NCBI GenBank assembly: GCA_032718475.1
Contig: JAUCBJ010007407.1
Location: 1-64,000, forward strand
Direction of reading: 5' to 3'
DNA length: 64,000 nt
Source of the DNA: Nemertoderma westbladi
Lineage: Eukaryota > Animalia > Xenacoelomorpha
Positions 10,001 to 16,656 of the stretch are shown here, piece by piece; within the stretch, counting starts at the first letter, position 1, and the number at the start of each line of letters is the position of its first letter. The notes under the pieces were generated by a model. It searched no databases, was not told the DNA's origin, and saw only the letters and a program-made list of their open reading frames with translations. The position numbers and the translations under genes are program-made.

Positions 10001-11016
10001 AGAAGGTGCACGCGAGGATAGGACACCAAGAAATGAGTGAACTACCACTAGCTAGATTACAGGCGTTTAGACCCCCTTTCACTGAGACAGGGATAGACTG
10101 TTTTGGACCCATAATCGCGAAACGCGGAAGGGTACAGGTAAAACGTTGGGGATTGATCTTCACTTGCATGGCCAGCAGAGCTGTCCATATAGAGCGAGTG
10201 ACAGACTTGACCACCAATGCCTTTATCCTAGCCTTACTGCGATTTATCGCTAGACGTGGATTGGTCAAATCCATATACTGCGACCAAGGGACAAACTTTG
10301 TGGGTTCACGGAACGAGATAACCAGAGCTTTGAGAAAATTGGACCAAAACCAGATTTCCGAGGAACTACGTCCTCACCGTATTGTTTGGGTTTTCAATAC
10401 TCCAGACAGTCCGTGGAGAGGCGGCGTTTGGGAAAGGCTGATTGGCTCAATAAAGACAGCTATGGCTAAAGTCGTACCGACGCAACACACCTTGACAGAC
10501 GACCAACTAACGACGTTACTAATAGAAATCGAAGCAATCTTAAATACCAGACCGATCGCTTTGATCCCAGACAATAACGACGTACAGTTTGCCTTGACAC
10601 CAGCGCACCTGCTTATGCAGGCGCCGACGACATTGTTGCCCATTTCGGTACCCGTTGATAGTGACGGATACGGCAACAAAGCTTGGAAAATCACTCAATT
10701 ACTTGCAAATAAATTCTGGGAAATATGGCAGAAATATTATTTGCCCTCTATTTCGACCAGAACTTCCTGGTATCTAAATACCCGATGTTTAAGACGTGGT
10801 GACCATGTTTTATTGGCTGAAGCTAATCTGAAAAGACGGTTTTGGCTGACTGGAGTCATTTTGACCACGCACCCTACATCTGGTGTAGTGAGGACAGTTA
10901 CTGTACGGACTATCGACGGACGTACCGTAGACAGACCTGTACAACGTCTCGTACTCCTTGAGGAAACTAGAAACGAGACGGGAGACTACAAATCTCCACC
11001 CAATATTAGTAAATAG
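6970..11016 (+). CDS. pol: Element A polyprotein part 3: reverse transcriptase, RNase H (Peptidase_A17-type region), integrase
   Basis: YYLPHH..KVRVVND, DVEAMFHQ, FYVDDGL (RT); HSFSDAS, YWTDA, NPADIASRG (RNase H); HHCC zinc finger, GIDCFGP, CDQGTNF, GGVWERL (DDE integrase); BEL C-terminal domain RPVQRLVLL. Confidence 0.95.
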   Translation: MAQWTGQPKFVNNYPLALRRLKSIRQRLLRDEMAHMQYNAQLQTYLQKGYAIRMLNPEVTSDQTYYLPHHFVRHPDKPGKVRVVNDCAALYQGMSMNSELMDGPNMNNYLMGVLMRFRQRKVAFTCDVEAMFHQVKALERDRDSLRFLWYPDGNLQLPPETYQMQVRVFGARDSPNCTMYALKQTALDRRDQFDPEVVRTVERDFYVDDGLKSCDTLERATTVAHQLQDCLAEGGFHLTKFASNEPELVNSFDPMDRSGGDLDLDLEPLPTTKVLGLSWDPNTDNFRVRVRSNDRTRPLTKRTCLSTMSRLYDPLCFISPVILHARIILRSIWQAGLEWDDPIPEKLAERWRDWEAQLTFLQDYTIPRVYFPLQTTFPADLELHSFSDASKDGLGVTLYLRRQVTSDSYDVSLVTSRARTMPLKYMTVPRGELQAGTISTDIVSLVQRELEANLKVTYWTDATLVLWYINNETFEFKTFVANRRAEILDRSLKQDWRHCPGKLNPADIASRGMQPLDFCKPDNKSFWFRGPDFLQRPSDEWPPLFDATTNTIPEGAEIKLDKVVKSKAKANAKVKRKKGRTKSDDLDARPDITPDVSPDTRPDACTNPSPDVPREISPDVSPDCSPDYSPDYSPEETPDCSPDCSPDCLMELSTECLPDVSPDCSPDISTDCPPDCPPDFRPDFLTEVTLDRLWDRRQDISPDVPRYVSPDVSPDCSPDASPDCLLDTPLEDPLERTFRDVPNLTSLDDRGVATGITLRSKKVLDLPTGKRVTKVRKLTGSQEHTDTVELKPLLPVDTLGADGKGKTVEIDVLGDSDKPTGRPVGLPSPDKYPHYDYTLPDDVTNTYVDRIVNLTRSWTDACRKLAWLKRLRQYARGKRDFPRRLTLKEIGHCEVDIIRHYQLRYFAREFTAIKQGKQIKSSPILSWSPIIYRGLLCHKSRLQNIDFALDFRYPIIIPQHHELQRAMILDAHVQLKHVGRHHCLSHLRSRFVLIRPSKALSSVTRNCIICKKVHARIGHQEMSELPLARLQAFRPPFTETGIDCFGPIIAKRGRVQVKRWGLIFTCMASRAVHIERVTDLTTNAFILALLRFIARRGLVKSIYCDQGTNFVGSRNEITRALRKLDQNQISEELRPHRIVWVFNTPDSPWRGGVWERLIGSIKTAMAKVVPTQHTLTDDQLTTLLIEIEAILNTRPIALIPDNNDVQFALTPAHLLMQAPTTLLPISVPVDSDGYGNKAWKITQLLANKFWEIWQKYYLPSISTRTSWYLNTRCLRRGDHVLLAEANLKRRFWLTGVILTTHPTSGVVRTVTVRTIDGRTVDRPVQRLVLLEETRNETGDYKSPPNISK
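8730..9150 (+). repeat. Coding 12-bp minisatellite (ccagac-based; S-P-D-C/V repeats) between RNase H and integrase
   Basis: Repeated tcaccagac/tcgccagat units giving SPDVSPDCSPDYSPD...; B has an analogous PDGQPDML array at 37430-37690. Confidence 0.85.
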
Positions 11017-11511
11017 ATGTGGGACCTTTGTTGGCCGCCACATAGACCTACTGTATTTTAGTTATTTGTATTTGTAGTACTGTACGTGCATTTGTAATCC
11101 TCTTCACTGTAGATAGAGACAGCGGTGGAATTCCATTGTCTTTATACGTGAACATGGAGGGTAGTACCCTTATGTATCACATAGGAGCGGGATTGTGTGT
11201 ACAGTAGGAATGGAATTCCACTTGGAACCCACAAGTGAGACAATTTTCAAAAATTATTAGACAAATCCATTTAGTTGGATTTTAATTTAAGAAAAACGAT
11301 TCTCCAGTGAAAAGCAAATTCTAGAATACAGCTAGAAAAAATTAAAATTGGGGAGGACAAGAGCGGATGGAAGGCTTGCGAGCCTACCGATAAATTTTTT
11401 TTGGAAAAAGAAAATCGGTCTTGTTCTACGTAGTCGTGTCTACTATTATTTAGACCAATTAATTCTCGACTGCATTATTTTCTTGGGAAACGTAGTTTGG
11501 GAAATTAAAAG

Positions 11512-11708
11512 GTGAGTATTTTAGACTCGCGGCTAGTTTACCCGGAATTCGTTTTTTATCGGCACATTTTGGATTAGGAGCCAGTGCGAAATCACGCGAA
11601 CCCGAAGTCATTAGGCAAAATGGGTTGGGGTTTAGAGCAGAGTTGAGCCAAAAGCCGACAAACTCTAAAGTCACCTCACATCTAACCTCTATTTTGTGCT
11701 TCATCTAG
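11512..11708 (+). other. Putative intron in the leader of the accessory gene
   Basis: Donor AG|GTGAGT at 11512, branch CTAAC at 11682, pyrimidine tract and CTAG ending 11708, 40 nt before the ATG at 11749. All three signals are conserved in B (35031 to 34827, minus strand). Confidence 0.55.
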
Positions 11709-11748
11709 TAGAAACGTAACGATATGTAACCGCATATATTCGTATACG

Positions 11749-12663
11749 ATGGCGGAGAAGATGTATAAAGAGTTACGTCAAGGGTTTACGCAAGAACAGG
11801 AGCACCAGGCGCCATTCAATCGTTATGGAGCTAAAAACTTTAGTGTGTTTGGAGTGGAGAGTATGGCTAGGAGTACGGCCAAGCTCGCTAAATCAAAGGC
11901 GGACCCGAATGTTACGCGACAGCGGTTGGACGCATACAATAAAAGAACGGAGGAATTACGCGCGGAATACAATGCGTTATATCCCTACGACGCGTTATGC
12001 GACGCTAGCGACATTTGCGAGGATCCAGACACCGAAATACGCCAATTGTATCATACGCTGCAATATTTAACGGTAAACGAACCTTTACCTGCAGCTAGAG
12101 ACGAATTTGAAGGAATGCATCTTTATAGACGCGCTCGAGGAGCGGATCCAGAGACCAAGGACGCGTTTTCCGTATACAAACTGTTTTATAAATGTGGAGC
12201 GTGTATGCGCGAGCAAGACAACGCGATTCCTATGCGGTTGAACTCGGAGAACCCCGAGCCGATATTAGCGCGATGTTCACACCACCAAAGTCTACGTTAC
12301 CAAGAAGGCGGATACCCTTTGACAAATCCGTATCATTCATTTAAGATGAGTGGACCGAACGCGGGTGAGATCGTTATTTACGAACCAAAATTAGTCGAAC
12401 CAGACGTCTACAGCATGGTAGTGGACGAGTCTAATAAGTCGACACAAGAGAAATGGGAAGCTTTGAGCCTCTACAGGGCGTACAAGGCGTACGAGAAAGG
12501 CGAGATCGAGGAGTTCGGCGGAAGGCTCGCGAGCCTACCATTCTATTGGATATCCCACGATCAAACCGAACCCAAGGAGATGACACCCGAGCTCTTCGAT
12601 AGTATCACCTTTGCTCAGCGTTTGTCGCAGAGACTACAGATACCTCATGTCGAGATGACGTGA
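11749..12663 (+). CDS. Element A accessory gene, N-terminal part (unknown function)
   Basis: 304-aa ATG ORF whose N-terminus is homologous to B 34600-34795 (APFNRYGAKNFSVFG vs APFERFGAKDYTIFG). The frame stays open after the TGA at 12661-12663 into 12829-15504. Confidence 0.8.
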   Translation: MAEKMYKELRQGFTQEQEHQAPFNRYGAKNFSVFGVESMARSTAKLAKSKADPNVTRQRLDAYNKRTEELRAEYNALYPYDALCDASDICEDPDTEIRQLYHTLQYLTVNEPLPAARDEFEGMHLYRRARGADPETKDAFSVYKLFYKCGACMREQDNAIPMRLNSENPEPILARCSHHQSLRYQEGGYPLTNPYHSFKMSGPNAGEIVIYEPKLVEPDVYSMVVDESNKSTQEKWEALSLYRAYKAYEKGEIEEFGGRLASLPFYWISHDQTEPKEMTPELFDSITFAQRLSQRLQIPHVEMT

Positions 12664-12828
12664 GAACCTCAGCCCCATTCTACTGGAGCGATAGTACCGG
12701 TTGCGAGACCAACTAGTTTTCCTATTAGTATACCGACCCGGAAGGAGACAACTTACGAGATCCCTATAGTTGAACACCCGGAGATCATCTCGAACCTGGA
12801 TTTCCTCCCATCGGTCACCTTCGGTGAT

Positions 12829-15504
12829 GTGTTAGAATCAACCGAGTTGCGTAAAGTAATAGTTCAAAAAATCGTACGCAACGTGCCTCCACATATCACG
12901 GACTTTAAGGAAGTGGATCGCGCGGGGACGGATATCGCACCTTGTATCTTGAGAGGATATCTGACGAAAATGATTCGATTATGGATCGGAGTTGGGACGT
13001 TTGAGACCGACACCGATATCGCGACCAATTGGACTGGTAAACCTATTAGTTTCGATGACGAAAAGTCGATCGGGAGAATTTGGAACCCTACCGACGATTT
13101 ACTCGACGATTGGGACGTGACTAGCCGATCTCTGAAAGAGAATGGATATATGTTCTACGATAATGAAGGAGGAAGCCATCAGCAAAGCCTCACTTCAAAG
13201 ACTATACAGATTAGAGCACCAGATGGCGTGTTACATGTCTTCAGCCGACAGAGGAGTGATAGGAAGATGCCTATGCCGGAAGGAACGACGCAAAGACACG
13301 CGATGATAAAACGGATAGTTAAATCCATGGACCTGGCTTGTAGCATAGAAGCTAGGATGTTGCCAAAGGCCGTGCGAGACGTTGTGTTGGATAAGAGCAT
13401 CGTCAAGATCGGATCCGGTGTACGGGATGACCTCATTAGCGACTTTGCAGGGATGCCCACGGAAGAGGACCGATTGCCTACGCCATACGTGGATACTAGA
13501 CCATTGTTGCTTTGGGCTATTGAGCAAGGATACTTTAGAGAGTATAACACGCTAAAAACTGGGACGGGTTATATCTCATATCTGATGTTCAGTTGGGATT
13601 ACAAGGAGAGTAAGAGGAACAAATACACGGACGTATACGGAGAGGGAGATACCCCCGGCGTAAACGAGTTCGAGTCACAGTTAAAGTGGCGAGGTTGCGT
13701 GTATTGGGCGATTACTTCACCTCCGCGGATAATCTTGCAATACTATTTAGCGATAGAATCTTCGGTTAACGTTTGTTTCATCGCGGACGTAGTATCCAGA
13801 ACCTTAAAGCGACACCCGTTATGTCTTGGCGAAGGACATACCTTTTACGAAGGAGGAAGGATGCATACTGATGTATTCCGACGATTTCTCCAACCCTTTT
13901 ATAACACTGATGCGCACTGCGAAGTTTTCACGCGAGCGGGACTTAGCGTTTTCAGGGACGTCTATCTCACTCACGCGGGAAGTCTAGTCGACAGACCGTC
14001 GATGTTAACGTTAGTACCCTATGACGGGGAACGCCACGCGGAATTCGAACGCCCGGAAGGATCCTGGAAGGCTCGCGAGCCTACCGCCCATCATGACGAT
14101 GTGGATCCGACCGAGTTGGCGCAAATAGACGAACCGTTACGGCAACTTATAGAAATAGAGGAGAACCTTCCGAGGAAGACGCGAACTGAGATACGCGAGT
14201 TAGAGAAAAGCGATGCCATGGTTTGTGTACAACCTACGGAGACGAACATACCGACTGACCCGGATGATGAGAATTATCACGTGGATGGTAGCGCTCACCC
14301 CATCGGAGATCTCATCTATGAGCGAGTTTGGTATCCTGCCAACACTATTTGTGGCAGATGTGGAGCAACTGGCCATCACGCAAAGAAGTGCGGAGCGAAG
14401 CACATATCTCTACCGGATTTAGTATGCAACTGGTGCAGGGATCAACGTTCGCACACTTTCTACACTTGCTGGCGTTTCGTGGCGCAGTGTACTTATTGTA
14501 ATATTAAGGGCCATAGGGCATCTGAATGTCAACTTAGAGACGTCCCCTATGAGCACATGTCAGTTAAAATCGTTCGACAATTATTCGACCATTGGGAGGA
14601 TCTAGCAGACGAGCATGTATCGACGCACCGACGCCGCTTCCTTATGAGAGCACATTTGGGATTTTGGGCCGTAAACCCTCTCATAATGTCAAAGGAAGGA
14701 TATGTATCGGCTATGCCTCAGTACGATGAATTGTTGGAGGTATTGGATATATTGCCGTTGGACAGTGGATTCAAAGTTGTGCGGGACTATTTCTTACAAG
14801 TGCACCCCGACAACAAGAATACTTGGAACTTTCAAACTGTGGTGAACAAGATTACCGCCGGAGAATTCGATAAACTGCGAGTTGAACAGCGGAATCGAGG
14901 AGCCTGGCATTCGATAGCTTGGGCATACCGGAGCGCATTTTATCACAAACGCGTAACCTCGTGCATTCTGGACGAGACCGACGTTTTGCGTGAGACTGGC
15001 TTCAAGGCCACGCCGTTAGCGGAGAAGACGCGTCACCCACAGGATGATCAGCAATTTCGTATACTCAAAGCCCAGAAGGCCGGACAAGAGATTAAGAAGA
15101 TAGTGAATGTCGCCGAGAGGACGACATCAAAGTCGCAAATCCGGATGACTCGGGGCACGGTTTCCCTTGCTAGAGAACCACGCGGAGGGACAGGATACGC
15201 TTTGACTGAACCCATTAGGATTCAAACGACGTCAGAGAGCGAGGTGTCAACGGACGGAACAGTCCTACCTTTTCGACTTCCTCCTAGCGTTGTAGAAACT
15301 CGATCCGATGTTAAGCCGACAGTTGGAATCGGACGAGGATTTAGAGGATTAAGCGCACGACGGATGTGCGAAACTCCCGTCGTCCCCTTTCCTAGCGTTT
15401 TGGAACCACCGACGACTCGACGCCGAAGTCCGAGCCAAGTTCGACCTCGACCACCCCCCAATCGCACTAGAGGACGTGGACGAGCCCGCTCAGCGAAGGA
15501 ATAG
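12829..15504 (+). CDS. Element A accessory gene, main part: DEDDy-type 3'-5' exonuclease-like domain, three zinc knuckles, Arg-rich tail
   Basis: MFYDNEG (ExoI), TIQIRAPDGVLHVF, LPKAVRDVVLDKSIVKIGSGVRDD (ExoII), YVDTRPLL, QYYLAIES (ExoIII-like); knuckles CGRCGATGHHAKKC, CNWCRDQRSHTFYTC, CTYCNIKGHRASEC; tail RGRGRARSAK. Domain call by motif recognition only. Confidence 0.75.
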   Translation: MLESTELRKVIVQKIVRNVPPHITDFKEVDRAGTDIAPCILRGYLTKMIRLWIGVGTFETDTDIATNWTGKPISFDDEKSIGRIWNPTDDLLDDWDVTSRSLKENGYMFYDNEGGSHQQSLTSKTIQIRAPDGVLHVFSRQRSDRKMPMPEGTTQRHAMIKRIVKSMDLACSIEARMLPKAVRDVVLDKSIVKIGSGVRDDLISDFAGMPTEEDRLPTPYVDTRPLLLWAIEQGYFREYNTLKTGTGYISYLMFSWDYKESKRNKYTDVYGEGDTPGVNEFESQLKWRGCVYWAITSPPRIILQYYLAIESSVNVCFIADVVSRTLKRHPLCLGEGHTFYEGGRMHTDVFRRFLQPFYNTDAHCEVFTRAGLSVFRDVYLTHAGSLVDRPSMLTLVPYDGERHAEFERPEGSWKAREPTAHHDDVDPTELAQIDEPLRQLIEIEENLPRKTRTEIRELEKSDAMVCVQPTETNIPTDPDDENYHVDGSAHPIGDLIYERVWYPANTICGRCGATGHHAKKCGAKHISLPDLVCNWCRDQRSHTFYTCWRFVAQCTYCNIKGHRASECQLRDVPYEHMSVKIVRQLFDHWEDLADEHVSTHRRRFLMRAHLGFWAVNPLIMSKEGYVSAMPQYDELLEVLDILPLDSGFKVVRDYFLQVHPDNKNTWNFQTVVNKITAGEFDKLRVEQRNRGAWHSIAWAYRSAFYHKRVTSCILDETDVLRETGFKATPLAEKTRHPQDDQQFRILKAQKAGQEIKKIVNVAERTTSKSQIRMTRGTVSLAREPRGGTGYALTEPIRIQTTSESEVSTDGTVLPFRLPPSVVETRSDVKPTVGIGRGFRGLSARRMCETPVVPFPSVLEPPTTRRRSPSQVRPRPPPNRTRGRGRARSAKE

Positions 15505-16142
15505 AAAGCGAGTGGAAGGAAGGCTTGCGAGCCTACCGATTTGAATATTATATTTGGATATTATATTTGGATATTATATTTGGATATTATATTTGGATAT
15601 TTATATTGGACATTATGTTTGAATGTTGGGTTTGGAGGAGCGAGATATGGAAAGGAAGGCTTGCGAGCCTACCGTTAGCAATTGGTGCTCAGGAGAAGAT
15701 ATCCAGACCAGCAGGACGAACTTTTCAGATCGTCAGGAGGACTCTTTAAGACTTATTTGAAAGTTATTAGCGCATTGTGTTTATATTATATTTGGACTGA
15801 TTTAATTTGGTGAAGGTTTATTATGTATATTTACAATATATAAAGATTTATCGAAAGAGTTTGATTTATTTGTTCGATTTGTTTTGATTTATTTGTTCTG
15901 ATTTGTTTAATTTGCTTACCTTGATAACCGAAAGCCTTTTTTTGTATTTTAGGCACTAAAGTTAATTCGTAAATTTGTATTTGTATGTACGATCGATTGT
16001 ATTTACGCCGTATCTGCAATATTAAGTATGCAATAATTAGATAGTGATTATATTTTATATTTTAGGCCCTACCAGTAAATTTAGAAATAGTTTGTAAATA
16101 TTTTTTATTTCGATTGGTGAAAACAGTCTTACTTACTGTTTT

Positions 16143-16152
16143 CATGGAGCGG
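16143..16152 (+). promoter_or_regulatory. Polypurine-tract position (catggagcgg) before the 3' LTR of A
   Basis: The same GGAGCGG directly precedes the 3' LTR in B (32312-32318, minus), C (25513-25519) and D (60708-60714, minus). Confidence 0.75.
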
Positions 16153-16294
16153 TGATGAATTATTTCACTATAAGGTAGCATTTGTAGTTTAACTTTAACG
16201 TAAAAACTTTCGAAAATCCGACGTATTTTGATTAAGTTACAGTAATGTAATATGCCTATTCATATTTGTACACATAAAACCCTTAGGTACTCTC

Positions 16295-16377
16295 GTGGCG
16301 TAGTGGTCAGATGGTTAAGGCGTTGGTTACATTACATAGGTTACGAGTTCGAATCCCAGTCGGGAAATTTGTATTTT
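16295..16377 (+). ncRNA. tRNA-derived Pol III cassette (A box, B box, T-run) inside LTR A
   Basis: gtggcgtagtggtcagatggttaaggcg...gagttcgaatcc followed by tttt. Stems pair poorly, so this is not a functional tRNA. Confidence 0.6.
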
Positions 16378-16440
16378 GGGACCATTTATTTTCGTTTGGT
16401 GCTAATTGGTAGGCCAATGAGAAGCGTACAACGTAGCGAA

Positions 16441-16656
16441 TAATGAGCCAGGCCAATCATAGGGCATAAATTATCTTATTGCTCAAATGTGAGGCAGTGG
16501 AAAATTCTGTTAGGATTCCATGTCCCAGATTAGTGTAAGGGCCGGACTGCGTTGAACGATGAGCTGGGCCAATCATAGGGCACGAAGCACTTTATTGCTC
16601 AATTGTGAAGCTGTGGAAAATTCTGTTTAGTTTCCATGTGCGATTTTAGTATAAAA
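16441..16656 (+). promoter_or_regulatory. LTR A promoter: duplicated ~117-bp CCAAT-box units and TATA box (16650-16656)
   Basis: Two copies of ggccaatcatagggca...tggaaaattctgtt, then TATAAAAGG. B has TATAAAAGG at the equivalent place (31880-31888, minus). Confidence 0.65.

Noticed and set aside
11749-15504. env gene
   Set aside because: No evident signal peptide, fusion peptide or transmembrane anchor; the motifs indicate a nucleic-acid-binding or nuclease protein.
16295-16367. Functional tRNA gene, or the element's own tRNA primer
   Set aside because: Acceptor and anticodon stems do not pair and the 3' end is not complementary to the PBS; only the promoter boxes are conserved.
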